Shown in pieces: positions 1 through 10,169 of a stretch of DNA of 64,000 nucleotides. Each line of letters starts with the position of its first letter. Position 1 is the first letter of the stretch. Source of the DNA: Clostridia bacterium (GTDB lineage Bacteria > Bacillota > Clostridia > RGIG6154); assembly GCA_045660065.1 (NCBI GenBank), contig JAZRDC010000030.1:35-64034 (forward strand), in the 5' to 3' direction. The notes under the pieces were generated by a model. The model saw only the letters and a program-made list of their open reading frames with translations. It searched no databases and was not told the DNA's origin. A program made the translations under genes and the position numbers.

Positions 1-713
1 AATGTTGCCGCTGCAATTCTGTCGGGGATAACTTTATATTCGGTAGATTTTAAGGCTTCGGTGCCATCGATTACAATAGAGCCTGTTTCTGCACCCTGGA
101 TACAAGCGCCCATTGAGTTCAAAAAGTTTTGCAAATCTACGATTTCAGGCTCTTTTGCCGCATTTTCAATAATTGTTCTGCCTTTTTGCAACACTGTGGC
201 AAGAATAATATTTTCTGTTGCACCTACGCTTGGAAAGGGCAGGACTATTTTTTGCGGCAATATGCCTTTGGTAAGGCAATTGAGAGAATTTTCACATTCT
301 TTTATATCAATTCCAAGTTTTTTAAAAGCCTCAAGATGTATATCAATAGGACGGGCACCGATTTCGCAGCCGCCCGGATATGTAAGTTCTGCCTGATTAA
401 ATCTGGAAATCATACTGCCTAAAAATATCACAGACGAGCGCATTTTGTGCATTAGAATTTCGGGAATTTTGTGGCAGTTGGCATAATAAGAATTGCAAAT
501 AACCTTTCCCTGGTCAAATTCTGCGGTGCAACCTAAGCAGTTTAATATATCCACAGCCGCACGGACATCTGACAAATCGGGACAGCCGTGCAAAACAGTT
601 TTTCCTTTGTTTAAAAGACACGCCGCAATGAGGGGCAGTGCCGAATTTTTAGAACCCTGAACCGTTATTTCTCCACTAAGGCGTCTATTGCCTGTGATTT
701 CAAAGCAGTTCAT
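1..713 (-). CDS. murA: UDP-N-acetylglucosamine 1-carboxyvinyltransferase MurA. Only the N-terminal ~237 aa are present; the gene runs off the window start.
   Basis: Manual minus-strand translation from ATG (complement of 711-713) gives MNCFEITGNRRLSGEITVQGSKNSALPLIAACLL..., a typical MurA N-terminus. A GGAGGTG RBS sits upstream. The ORF is absent from the ORF track because no stop lies inside the window. Confidence 0.8.
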   Translation of the reverse strand, partial: MNCFEITGNRRLSGEITVQGSKNSALPLIAACLLNKGKTVLHGCPDLSDVRAAVDILNCLGCTAEFDQGKVICNSYYANCHKIPEILMHKMRSSVIFLGSMISRFNQAELTYPGGCEIGARPIDIHLEAFKKLGIDIKECENSLNCLTKGILPQKIVLPFPSVGATENIILATVLQKGRTIIENAAKEPEIVDLQNFLNSMGACIQGAETGSIVIDGTEALKSTEYKVIPDRIAAAT

Positions 714-773
714 TGTCTGCACCTCCAATAAAGCAGTAATATGCTTTATATTATGCAGATTGATATAAGTTGG

Positions 774-1916
774 TTACTTTCCTGACCTGATGTGTTTTGA
801 TATGTTAAGAAGTATTCCCATACCACCCATCAAAAATACCAAAGATGAACCACCTGCACTGAAAAATGGAAGTGGCATACCTGTAACAGGAATGGTGGAG
901 GTAACAACCGCGATATTTACTAAAATCTGTATGGCAATCAGTGCTGTTATGCCTGTTGCAAGGTAGCAACTGAATTTATCAGGAGCATTTACTGCAATGA
1001 AAATTCCGCGCCATATGAGCACTGCAAAAAGCAATATAACAAAAAGTGCACCGATAAAGCCAAGTTCTTCGCAAAGGACTGCGAAAATAAAGTCGTTCTG
1101 AGGTTCGGGGAGATACAAAAATTTCTGTCTGCTCTGACCAATTCCAAGACCGAAAAGTCCACCTGAACCGATAGCATACAATGACTGTCTTATCTGCCAA
1201 CCGTCGCCGCTTGGGTCGCTTCCCATAGGGTCAAGGAAAACTGCCATTCTGTCTCCGCGGTAGCCGCTGAAAGCAAGAAATGCCAAAATCGGGATTGCAA
1301 CCAAAAGGCATATGCCGAAATGCTTTAATTTTGCTCCTGATACAAATACCATTGCAACGGTAACACCGAAAAGCAAAAGGGTACAACTAAAGTGAGGCTC
1401 CATCATCAAAAGCAGAGCGTAAATGGCAAAGAATATAAAATATGGAATAAAGTCTTTGAAAAACTTTGAGTTTTCCCATTTTTGCAGGGACAACTTGTGT
1501 GCAAGTAATATTATAAGAGCATATTTTGCACACTCAGAAGGCTGAAAAGAAGCACCGCCAAAACCAATCCAGCGCTTAGCACCGTTAACGCCCGGGAAGA
1601 ACAAAACGATAAATAAAAGCAGGATTGTTACACCATAAATTATAACTGAATAATTTTTGTATTTGTGGTAATCAAAGTTTGATGTGAAAATCATAGCACC
1701 AAAACCGATTATTGCCCAAGCCATCTGTCTTTTTAAGAAATAATAACTGTCTCCGTTTTGAACCTGAGCAGTAGGGGCAGATGCAGAAAAGCACATAATA
1801 AGCCCAAAACACACCAACACCAAAACGATATTAAACAAAACAGGGTCGGTTTTGGAAAAACCCATATATTCTTTTTTGATAGATTTTTTAACAGGTTTTT
1901 TAGTCAAATCCGACAC
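774..1916 (-). CDS. ftsW: FtsW/RodA/SpoVE-family peptidoglycan glycosyltransferase (SEDS protein)
   Basis: 380-aa polytopic membrane protein with SEDS-type motifs, located in the dcw cluster directly downstream of mraY. Confidence 0.85.
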   Translation of the reverse strand: MSDLTKKPVKKSIKKEYMGFSKTDPVLFNIVLVLVCFGLIMCFSASAPTAQVQNGDSYYFLKRQMAWAIIGFGAMIFTSNFDYHKYKNYSVIIYGVTILLLFIVLFFPGVNGAKRWIGFGGASFQPSECAKYALIILLAHKLSLQKWENSKFFKDFIPYFIFFAIYALLLMMEPHFSCTLLLFGVTVAMVFVSGAKLKHFGICLLVAIPILAFLAFSGYRGDRMAVFLDPMGSDPSGDGWQIRQSLYAIGSGGLFGLGIGQSRQKFLYLPEPQNDFIFAVLCEELGFIGALFVILLFAVLIWRGIFIAVNAPDKFSCYLATGITALIAIQILVNIAVVTSTIPVTGMPLPFFSAGGSSLVFLMGGMGILLNISKHIRSGK

Positions 1917-1932
1917 CTCTTTTAAATATATT

Positions 1933-2886
1933 TTAAATTACTGCAAAGATTGAAATTGCCGAGCATACCAAGGTTACAAGGCAGAAAATATATACAATCT
2001 GAACTTCCTTTAAGCCTTTCATTTCAAAATGATGGTGAATTGGAGCCATAAGGAAAATTCTTTTTTTCGTTTTTTTGAAGTAAGCAACCTGAATAATAAC
2101 AGAAAATGCCTCTATTACATATATTATGCCAACTATTATTAAAATAAGTTCTAATTTTAAAAGTATTGCCAATACTGAAACTACACCGCCTAAATAAAGT
2201 GAGCCTGTATCGCCCATAAATACTTTTGCAGGGTGATAGTTGTAAATCAAAAAGCCTAAAAGTGAGCCTGTTACTGCTGCGGCAAAATATGAAACATCGT
2301 AGTTTTTAACAAGTATTGCACAAACCGTAAAGAAAAGCGTTACAACTGCGGTAACACTTGCCGCAAGACCGTCAAGTCCGTCTGTTAAGTTTACTGCATT
2401 TGTAAAACCGATTAAAAATACGGTCATAAAAATCACATAGAACCATGAAAGTTCAAGAGAAATTTTGGTAAATGGAATTGTAATTTCAGTTGAAATATAG
2501 CCCAGTTTTACTGCTAAAACTAAAAATACAACAGAAACAAGTGTCTGGAAAATCAGTTTTTGTATTTCGGTAAGACCTAAGTTTCTTTTGAAATATATTT
2601 TGATAAAGTCATCAGCAAAGCCGATTACACCGAACAAAAATGCTGCACCGATTGCAAGTTTTAAAGCAGGAGATGAGCATACTGCAAAGGATATTATAGC
2701 AGAAATAAGTAAAAAACATACACCGCCCATTGTAGGAGTTCCGTTTTTCTTTTCGTGCCATTTAGGTCCGATTTCTCTGATGGTCTGCCCGAATTTAAGT
2801 CTGTGAAGCACAGGAATTAAAAGCGGCATTACAACCCCTGTTAAAATAAAAGATACAATTAATGCAATATAAACTGTTTTATCCAT
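1933..2886 (-). CDS. mraY: Phospho-N-acetylmuramoyl-pentapeptide transferase MraY
   Basis: 317-aa membrane protein with a DDxxD-like motif (GFADDFIKI) and a C-terminal HHHFE motif, in dcw context. Confidence 0.9.
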   Translation of the reverse strand: MDKTVYIALIVSFILTGVVMPLLIPVLHRLKFGQTIREIGPKWHEKKNGTPTMGGVCFLLISAIISFAVCSSPALKLAIGAAFLFGVIGFADDFIKIYFKRNLGLTEIQKLIFQTLVSVVFLVLAVKLGYISTEITIPFTKISLELSWFYVIFMTVFLIGFTNAVNLTDGLDGLAASVTAVVTLFFTVCAILVKNYDVSYFAAAVTGSLLGFLIYNYHPAKVFMGDTGSLYLGGVVSVLAILLKLELILIIVGIIYVIEAFSVIIQVAYFKKTKKRIFLMAPIHHHFEMKGLKEVQIVYIFCLVTLVCSAISIFAVI

Positions 2887-2901
2887 ATCATTTGTTCTCC
2901 T

Positions 2902-4263
2902 TTAAAAGTCAAGTAAATGTTCTGAAATTTCTTCAAGTTTCATACTGCGTGATGCTTTGACTAAGATGATATCACCTTTTTTGATAAAACTGTCTAAAAA
3001 TTCAATTGCCTGTGCATTGTTTTCAAAACTTGCGGTATTTTCAGGTAAAAATCCCATTTCTACCGCACCCTCTGCGATTGCACTGCTCTTTTTGCCCACA
3101 GTTACAAGGAAATCAACCCCGAAGTCAACAACATATTTTCCAACAAGGCGGTGAGCGTAATCTGAAAGGTCTCCCATTTCAAGCATATCACCCAAAACGG
3201 CAACTTTTCTGTCGCCTTTTAACTGATTTAAAATCTTAATGCCTGCTTCTGCCGATGATGGAGAAGCGTTGTAGCAGTCGTTAATAACGGTAATTCCGTT
3301 GGAATGAAGAATGTTTTGGCGCATTTGTCCCGGAACAAAGCCTTTTAAGGCATCAAGCACAGCATCTGCTTCTGCACCGAAATGTGTTGCCACAATAAAT
3401 GCCGCTAAAGCATTTTTTACATTATGTTCACCAAGCACGGGGATTTGCGCAGAATATGTTTTTCCACCGCAGTTTATTTCAAATGATGTAGATGTGTCAT
3501 TTGCGGTGATGTTTGAAGCGGTAAAATCTGCGTCTTTGTTTTCTATTCCGTAACTTATATATTTATGCCCTGTTTTGCCTTTTAATGTAACAAGCATATC
3601 GTCGTCGGCACAGTAAACAACAAGTCCGTCTGCTGAAAGGTGGTCTAAAATTTCTGATTTTGCTTTTAAGATGTTTTCTCTTGAACCTAATTTTTCAACA
3701 TGTGAAAGACCGATGTTTGTAAATACTGCCACTTCAGGATTTACCAAACTTGCCAGATAATCAATTTCACCAAAACCTGACATACCCATTTCAATAACAC
3801 CGATTTTGTGTTCTTCTCTTAATCTTAAAAGAGTAAGGGGAAGTCCGATGTGGTTGTTAAAGTTTTTCTGAGTTTTAAGTACATTGAATTTTGCAGATAA
3901 CGCGCAGGAAATCATATCTTTTGTGGTGGTTTTTCCAACACTTCCTGTTACTCCCACAAAAGGAACTGAAAAACGCTCCTTGTGGTATTTTGCGATCTGA
4001 CCTAATGCTTTTGTTGTATCTTCAACTAAAATAAGGTTTGTGTCTGCTTTTACTTCTTTTGAAACAACACAGCCTACTGCACCAGCATTAACTGCCTGCT
4101 GAACATAGTCGTTCCCGTCAAAAGAATCACCGATGAGGGCAACAAAAAGCATACCCTCTTTTATTACGCGGGTATCTGTGTTTATATCTGTAATTTCGCC
4201 TTGACTGCTACCTGAAATCAGTTTACCGCCTGTGGCTTTTAAAATATCTGAAATTGTAAACAC
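2902..4263 (-). CDS. murF: UDP-N-acetylmuramoyl-tripeptide--D-alanyl-D-alanine ligase MurF
   Basis: 453 aa with a Mur ligase P-loop (GVTGSVGKTTTK), positioned between murE and mraY. Confidence 0.9.
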   Translation of the reverse strand: MFTISDILKATGGKLISGSSQGEITDINTDTRVIKEGMLFVALIGDSFDGNDYVQQAVNAGAVGCVVSKEVKADTNLILVEDTTKALGQIAKYHKERFSVPFVGVTGSVGKTTTKDMISCALSAKFNVLKTQKNFNNHIGLPLTLLRLREEHKIGVIEMGMSGFGEIDYLASLVNPEVAVFTNIGLSHVEKLGSRENILKAKSEILDHLSADGLVVYCADDDMLVTLKGKTGHKYISYGIENKDADFTASNITANDTSTSFEINCGGKTYSAQIPVLGEHNVKNALAAFIVATHFGAEADAVLDALKGFVPGQMRQNILHSNGITVINDCYNASPSSAEAGIKILNQLKGDRKVAVLGDMLEMGDLSDYAHRLVGKYVVDFGVDFLVTVGKKSSAIAEGAVEMGFLPENTASFENNAQAIEFLDSFIKKGDIILVKASRSMKLEEISEHLLDF

Positions 4264-4264
4264 C

Positions 4265-5686
4265 TTATTGCACCTCCAATTCTTTTTTTACTTCAAATAA
4301 TATCTGTTCTTCGTCAAATGGGAAATTTTCTTTTCCGATTGTCTGATATGTTTCGTGCCCTTTTCCTGCTAAGACAACAACATCGCCAACAGTGGCAGTT
4401 TCTACCGCATATTTTATGGCATCGCGTCTGTTTTCAACTACGATATGGCTGTCTTTTTTCATACCCGCTAAAATCTGATTTATAATTTCTGTTGGATTTT
4501 CTGTTCTCGGATTGTCTGATGTTACTATGCAAAAGTCTGCATATTTTTCAGCAATTTCACCCATAATGGGACGCTTTTTGTTATCTCTGTCGCCACCGCA
4601 ACCGAAAAGCACTATAACTTTCTTTTTTGCAAAACCTTTTACGGTTTTTAAAATATTTTCAACACCATCGGGGGTGTGGGCATAGTCAATAATAAATGTT
4701 GCAGGGTGGTCTAATTTAACAACCTGCGCTCTGCCCTTTACACCGTGGGCAGATTTAAGACCGTCGATTATAATATCATCGTCAATTCCGAGGGCTTTGC
4801 TGGCACCTATTGCAGAAAGTGCGTTGTATACTGAAAATTCACCCGGGATTGCAAGAGAGAATTCTTTGCCGTCAATAGTAAAATCAACGCCTTTTTCCTT
4901 TAAAGAGATATCTTTTGCAAAAAGATCTGCCTGTTTTTTGGTGCTTACTGTCATAATGTCTGCGGTAGCACCGTTTAAAATTCTGTCAGCGTAATGGTCA
5001 TCAATATTTACAACGCCTTTTTTACACATTTTAAAGAGGATTGCTTTTGCGTCGGCATAAGAATCCATTGTTTTGTGAAAATCAAGGTGGTCCTGAGTAA
5101 GATTTGTAAACACACCGATATCAAAGTCGCAATATGCAACTCTGTCTAAATACAAAGCGTGGGACGAAACCTCCATAACAACTGTATCTACGCAATTCTC
5201 TGCCATATTTGCAAAAAGTGCCTGAAGTTCAAATGAGTCAGGAGTTGTTCTTGAAGTTTCAATTATTTTATCGCCGATCATATTCTGATTTGTGCCGATA
5301 AGACCAACTTTTTTACCTGCTTTTTCTAAAATATTCTTAATTAAATAGGTAGTTGTGGTTTTTCCGTTTGTGCCTGTAATTCCCACCAAAGTGAATTTTT
5401 TTGAGGGATTATCATAAAAGGCAGAGCAAAGGAGTGCCATAACTTTTCTTGTATTTTCAACAATTACCAAAGGACAGTCTACATCAACATTTTCTTCAGC
5501 AATAATAACCGAAGCACCGCTTTGTGCGGCTTTTTGGGCATATAAATGCCCGTCAGTTTCGTAACCTCTTATGCAAACAAAGGCACTGCCTTCGGTTACT
5601 TTTCTTGAGTCGCTTACAATATCCTTGATTTTTATATCCGCATTTCCCTGAAAGTCAATGCCGGAAAGTAAATCCTTTAGTAACAT
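4265..5686 (-). CDS. murE: UDP-N-acetylmuramoyl-L-alanyl-D-glutamate--2,6-diaminopimelate ligase MurE
   Basis: 473 aa with a Mur ligase P-loop (GITGTNGKTTTT) and a DNPR motif near the C-terminus. Confidence 0.9.
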   Translation of the reverse strand: MLLKDLLSGIDFQGNADIKIKDIVSDSRKVTEGSAFVCIRGYETDGHLYAQKAAQSGASVIIAEENVDVDCPLVIVENTRKVMALLCSAFYDNPSKKFTLVGITGTNGKTTTTYLIKNILEKAGKKVGLIGTNQNMIGDKIIETSRTTPDSFELQALFANMAENCVDTVVMEVSSHALYLDRVAYCDFDIGVFTNLTQDHLDFHKTMDSYADAKAILFKMCKKGVVNIDDHYADRILNGATADIMTVSTKKQADLFAKDISLKEKGVDFTIDGKEFSLAIPGEFSVYNALSAIGASKALGIDDDIIIDGLKSAHGVKGRAQVVKLDHPATFIIDYAHTPDGVENILKTVKGFAKKKVIVLFGCGGDRDNKKRPIMGEIAEKYADFCIVTSDNPRTENPTEIINQILAGMKKDSHIVVENRRDAIKYAVETATVGDVVVLAGKGHETYQTIGKENFPFDEEQILFEVKKELEVQ

Positions 5687-5698
5687 TTAAAATTCTCC

Positions 5699-7903
5699 TT
5701 ATTCAACATCTAAGTGTCTGAATTCAACATAAACAACGCTTCCGCGTTCAACAACTGTTCCTGCTTCAGGCTCTTGTTTTACAGCGGCGGTAGGACCTGC
5801 ATCTGTGGTCATTCTGCCTGCACCTGAAATTTTGAAGTTAAGACCTGCATTTACAATTGAGCCGTTTGCCTGAAGTATTGTCTGACCTGTAACAGACGGA
5901 ACGGTTACTGTCTGAGGCTCTTGTTCTGTTGTGTAAACTATAACAGTTGCACCTTTTTGCAGTCTTGTTCCTGCTTTGGGGACTTGTTTTACAACTGTTC
6001 CTCCGTCGCCCACGATATTTGCTTTTAAGCCTGTGCCTGAAAGTTTCTGCAAGGCTTCGTCTCTTGATTTATCAACAATTTCAGGAACGGAAACATCTGC
6101 ATTTTCGATTTCTTCGCTTGAAAGTGTGCGTTCAACACCAAGATACTGAAGTACATCGTTCATAATATTTCCAACAACAGGAGCGGCAATAACACCGCCG
6201 AAATACTGACCGCCTTCAGGTTCGTCAAGCATAACTAAAACTGCAACCTGCGGGTCGTCTGCAGGGGCGAATGCTACCATTGATGCAATTTTTTTACCTG
6301 CACTTCTTGGTTGCTTTTCACTTGTTCCTGTTTTACCTGCAATTCTGTAACCCTGAATGTAGGCATTTTTACCTGAACCGACTTTTACTGCTTCTTCAAG
6401 CAAGAGACAAAGTCTGTCGCTTGTTTCTTTTGAAATTGTCTGACGCACAAGTTCACCGTCAAATTTTTTAACAATTTTACCGTTTGAGTCGGTGAGCTGT
6501 TTAACAATGTGCGGTTTCATATATTTGCCGTCGTTGGCAACTGATGCGATTGCACTTATAAGTTGGATTGGTGTAACCTGAAATCCCTGACCGAATGATG
6601 TGGTGGCATTTTCCACGATACCATAGTTGCTTTTTGCAAAGAAGATACCTTCGGTTTCACCGGGAAGGTCAATTCCTGTGATATTTCTTAAACCAAATGC
6701 GCTGGTGTATTTGAAAAAGTTATCTGCACCAACTTTTTCACCAATGTCCATAAATGCAGGGTTGCAGGAATTCTGAATGGCTTTTGCAAGGTCCTGCTGA
6801 CCGTGTCCTCCTGCTTTCCAGCAACGGATTACTTCACTTGCAACTTTTTTTGCACCGTTGCAGTAAAATCCTGTGTTTAAGTTTACAACATTTTCTTCTA
6901 AAGCAATTGCAGATGTTAAAATTTTAAAGGTTGAACCTGGCTCATAAGAGTCTACAACCGCTTTGTTTCTCCACATTCTGTTTTGTGCAGCGGCATAAGT
7001 ATCTTTGTATTCCTGACTGTTTTTGCTGAGGCCTTCGAGTTTTTCAAGATCTATTGGGTTTGTAACTTCAAAGGGCTGATTAAGGTCATAGTCAGGTTTT
7101 GTTGCCATTGCAAGGATTTCACCTGTTTTAATGTCCATAACAATTGCCGCAGCGCCGTTTCTTACATCATTGTCCTTGATGGCAGTTTCTAAATTGCGTT
7201 CTGTAAAGTGCTGAACTACTTCGTCAATTGTAAGAACAACATCAAGTCCGTCTTCCGAACCGTAGAATTTTTCATATTCATATGGCATATCACGACCGAT
7301 TGCATTGGTTGCAGAAACAATTCTGCCTGATGTGCCTTTAAGGTAATCGTCGTACATATACTCAATGCCTGAAAGACCGTTGTTGTCTGTGCCTGTAAAT
7401 CCGATAACGTGTGATGCAAAGTTTGAAAAAGGATAATATCTTTTTGAGTCTTCGTCAAGACTTATTCCTTTTAATTTGCCCTCTGCCATAAGTTTTCTGA
7501 TTTTTTCTGACTGGTCTGCTTCAATTTTTCGCTTTATATATTCGTAACTGCTGTTTTTGGTGAGTTTTTTGTAAATATCCTGAAAATCTTCCCCTAAGAT
7601 ATCTGCCAAAAGACGCGCACTTTCTTCCGCGTCTCCGTCTGCTTTTACAACGCCCGGGTTTGCAGTAACCGTGTCAACCGATGCAGAAACTGCCAAGGGT
7701 TTCATATTGCGGTCATAGATAGTACCCCTTTTTGATGTTATAACACGATCACGGGTCTGTTGCTCTATTGCCATCTGACTGTATTCTTCGCCTTTTACAA
7801 ACTGATGCCAGCCGATACGCACTATTAAAATCGCAAGAACTGCAAAAACAAGATAAAGACAAATTACTATTCTTTGTCTTACGCTTTTACCTAATTTGCT
7901 CAT
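5699..7903 (-). CDS. Class B penicillin-binding protein (FtsI/SpoVD-like transpeptidase) with a C-terminal PASTA domain
   Basis: 734 aa with an N-terminal TM anchor, a transpeptidase active site STFK, SxN and KTGT motifs, and a C-terminal PASTA-like segment. Confidence 0.85.
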   Translation of the reverse strand: MSKLGKSVRQRIVICLYLVFAVLAILIVRIGWHQFVKGEEYSQMAIEQQTRDRVITSKRGTIYDRNMKPLAVSASVDTVTANPGVVKADGDAEESARLLADILGEDFQDIYKKLTKNSSYEYIKRKIEADQSEKIRKLMAEGKLKGISLDEDSKRYYPFSNFASHVIGFTGTDNNGLSGIEYMYDDYLKGTSGRIVSATNAIGRDMPYEYEKFYGSEDGLDVVLTIDEVVQHFTERNLETAIKDNDVRNGAAAIVMDIKTGEILAMATKPDYDLNQPFEVTNPIDLEKLEGLSKNSQEYKDTYAAAQNRMWRNKAVVDSYEPGSTFKILTSAIALEENVVNLNTGFYCNGAKKVASEVIRCWKAGGHGQQDLAKAIQNSCNPAFMDIGEKVGADNFFKYTSAFGLRNITGIDLPGETEGIFFAKSNYGIVENATTSFGQGFQVTPIQLISAIASVANDGKYMKPHIVKQLTDSNGKIVKKFDGELVRQTISKETSDRLCLLLEEAVKVGSGKNAYIQGYRIAGKTGTSEKQPRSAGKKIASMVAFAPADDPQVAVLVMLDEPEGGQYFGGVIAAPVVGNIMNDVLQYLGVERTLSSEEIENADVSVPEIVDKSRDEALQKLSGTGLKANIVGDGGTVVKQVPKAGTRLQKGATVIVYTTEQEPQTVTVPSVTGQTILQANGSIVNAGLNFKISGAGRMTTDAGPTAAVKQEPEAGTVVERGSVVYVEFRHLDVE

Positions 7904-7998
7904 ACATCAATGTACCTTTCCGGAGAAAATTTCTCCCATTAAAAAGACATAAAAAGGGATTTAACATTATAAATCCCTTTTAAACTTTATGTGATAGA

Positions 7999-8511
7999 TT
8001 AGTATAAATATTCCAGACAGTATGAGAAGAAGTTTTTAGCCGAGGTGATAAAACCGTTTGACTTGCTTTCAGGTTTAACGGTTTTGTCCTTCATATTTAA
8101 AGTAACATTTACAACCTGATGGCTCTGAGGGATGCCCATATTTAATGAATCATGTGCAATCTGTTCCACACTCTTCAAGTCCCCGCTTCTGTCTAAATAT
8201 ACCATCTGTTGTTCGTTTGCTGCTGTGATTTTCTGTAATTCTTTTTCTAAAGAGTTAATCTGTGATGTCATTTCATTTATTATTGTGCATCTTAAAACAA
8301 CTGTGAAAACCATAAGGAAGAAGGCAGTAAGCACAATTCTTCCGAAAAGTTTGTTGTTTTTTTGCTTTGGTAATTGTTTTACCGACTGTTCGGTAATAAT
8401 TTCCGGCTGCTGACTATATAAAGATTCTTTATAAGCGTAACTGTTTTGTGCCAACAAAATTTCCCCCTTTTTTAAAATTACAGTTTTTCTATTACTCTTA
8501 ACTTTGCGCAA
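7999..8511 (-). CDS. ftsL: Cell division protein FtsL-like (septum formation initiator family)
   Basis: 170 aa with a single TM helix, a coiled-coil region (NSLEKELQKITAANEQQ) and a conserved-like LKSVEQIAHDSLNMG segment. It lies between rsmH and the PBP gene. Confidence 0.7.
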   Translation of the reverse strand: MRKVKSNRKTVILKKGEILLAQNSYAYKESLYSQQPEIITEQSVKQLPKQKNNKLFGRIVLTAFFLMVFTVVLRCTIINEMTSQINSLEKELQKITAANEQQMVYLDRSGDLKSVEQIAHDSLNMGIPQSHQVVNVTLNMKDKTVKPESKSNGFITSAKNFFSYCLEYLY

Positions 8512-9422
8512 GATGAACGCGAGTTGTTTGAAAGTTCGACGCTTCCTGCGATGATTGGTTTTCTGTTAACAAGTTTGCCCTTTGGTTTGTTCCCGCATAC
8601 ACAGATGGGGAAATCAGGTGGACAAGTACAACCTTTGCAGAAATCGTTAAAACAATTTTTAACAATTCTGTCTTCTAATGAATGGAAAGTAATGATTGCA
8701 AGTCTGCCACCGGGTTTTAAACAGTCAAAAAAGTCCTCAACCGATTGCTTTAAAACCTCAAGTTCACCATTTACTTCAATTCTTATTGCCTGGAACACTC
8801 TTTTCGCAGGGTGTCCACCTTCGCGCCTTTTAGCCGCAGGAATTCCTTCCTTTATAAGCTCTGTAAGCTCGAAGGTGGTATCAACAGGCTTGTTCTTACG
8901 GAATGCAACTATCTTTTCTGCAATTCGCATTGCAAATTTTTCCTCACCGTAATCGGAAAAAATCTTGGCTAAACGGAATTTATCGTAAGTGTTTACAACA
9001 TCATATGCTGTAATACCCTTTGTCTGGTCCATTCTCATATCAAGTTTGGCGTTGTGGTTGTATGAAAAACCTCTTTCGCCATTATCAAGTTGATAAGATG
9101 AAACCCCAAGGTCTAAAATTGCTCCGTCAATTCCATCAATTTCGTATTTATTAAGAATTTCTTTAATTTCGCAGTAATTACCGTGGTGGTAAGTAACACG
9201 ATCACCGAATTCTTCAAGGCGTTTTTTTGCGGCGGCTAACGCTTCTGTATCTCTGTCGATACCGATAAGTTTTGCACCGCCCGATTGTGTAAGCAGTCGG
9301 GAGGAGTGCCCTCCTCCTCCTAACGTACCGTCCACATATATTCCAATTTGTTTCACAGAAAGTGAATTGATGCTTTCATCAAGTAAAACCGAAATGTGTG
9401 AAAATTCCATATTATAAACCAT
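8478..9422 (-). CDS. rsmH: 16S rRNA (cytosine1402-N4)-methyltransferase RsmH (MraW)
   Basis: SAM-dependent methyltransferase motifs (YVDGTLGGGGHS, DLGVSSYQLD). The start could alternatively be the Met 4 codons downstream (MEFSHISVLL). Confidence 0.9.
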   Translation of the reverse strand: MVYNMEFSHISVLLDESINSLSVKQIGIYVDGTLGGGGHSSRLLTQSGGAKLIGIDRDTEALAAAKKRLEEFGDRVTYHHGNYCEIKEILNKYEIDGIDGAILDLGVSSYQLDNGERGFSYNHNAKLDMRMDQTKGITAYDVVNTYDKFRLAKIFSDYGEEKFAMRIAEKIVAFRKNKPVDTTFELTELIKEGIPAAKRREGGHPAKRVFQAIRIEVNGELEVLKQSVEDFFDCLKPGGRLAIITFHSLEDRIVKNCFNDFCKGCTCPPDFPICVCGNKPKGKLVNRKPIIAGSVELSNNSRSSCAKLRVIEKL

Positions 9423-9843
9423 AATCTGAAAGACCTGTTACAAGTTCATCAATGTTGATTTCATTTTCTGCATTGTATGTCTGCCAGTTTTCTGCGCTCC
9501 ATATTTCTATGTAAGATGACTGACCGATAATAACAGCGTCTTTTTCGATTTTTGCAAAATCCTTAAGGTTTGAAGCAATAAGAATTCTTCCCTGCTTGTC
9601 CACTTCACATTCGTTTGAGTTTGCAAATACGGCTCTTTTGAACTGTCTTGCAGAAGGGTCGCTGTCAGGGAGTGCTTCTATTCTTGCTTTGTACTTGTTC
9701 CATTCTTCAAAGGAATATGCACGAAGGCACTTATCCGCTCCGATGGTAACATAAAAATGAGAACCGATATCTTCTCTGAATTTTGCAGGCATAATAAGTC
9801 TGCCTTTTGCGTCTAAACCGTGTTTATATTCACCAATAAGCAT
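9412..9843 (-). CDS. mraZ: Transcriptional regulator MraZ
   Basis: MLIGEYKHGLDAKGRLIMPAKFRE... with duplicated DxxGR motifs. The ORF-track start at 9885 was trimmed to the Met that gives the canonical ~143-aa MraZ. Confidence 0.85.
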   Translation of the reverse strand: MLIGEYKHGLDAKGRLIMPAKFREDIGSHFYVTIGADKCLRAYSFEEWNKYKARIEALPDSDPSARQFKRAVFANSNECEVDKQGRILIASNLKDFAKIEKDAVIIGQSSYIEIWSAENWQTYNAENEINIDELVTGLSDYGL

Positions 9844-10169
9844 AATGCCCGCTCCTTTCGTAAAATATCGGAAAAAATCTACCACTTTTTAACATTTCGT
9901 GGCACTTTCCCCCACTTTTACTTATATAATAAACCATTTTGCAAAAAATATCAATAGTTTTTAAGAAAAAAATTAAAAAATTTTTAAAAAATTTCTTATT
10001 AATTATGGGGGATTTTTGCAATTATTATAAAACAATGGAAAATACTGCAAAAAAATGACATAAATTTTGTGAAAAAAGGCAAAAATTAAAACATAAAAAT
10101 TCTTGTTTTTTAATAAAATATATGATATGCTTATATCAAGGAATAGTATTTTCCTGTAAATTGTAAGGA

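Noticed and set aside
61-422. ORFs 61..396 and 129..422 on the plus strand
   Set aside because: They are antisense to a well-supported murA reading frame and show no RBS or domain signal. They are spurious.
9886-10169. Possible small RNA or riboswitch in the AT-rich mraZ/glgB divergent intergenic region
   Set aside because: Only A/T homopolymer runs and promoter-like hexamers are present, with no conserved structured motif. It is most likely just two divergent promoters.
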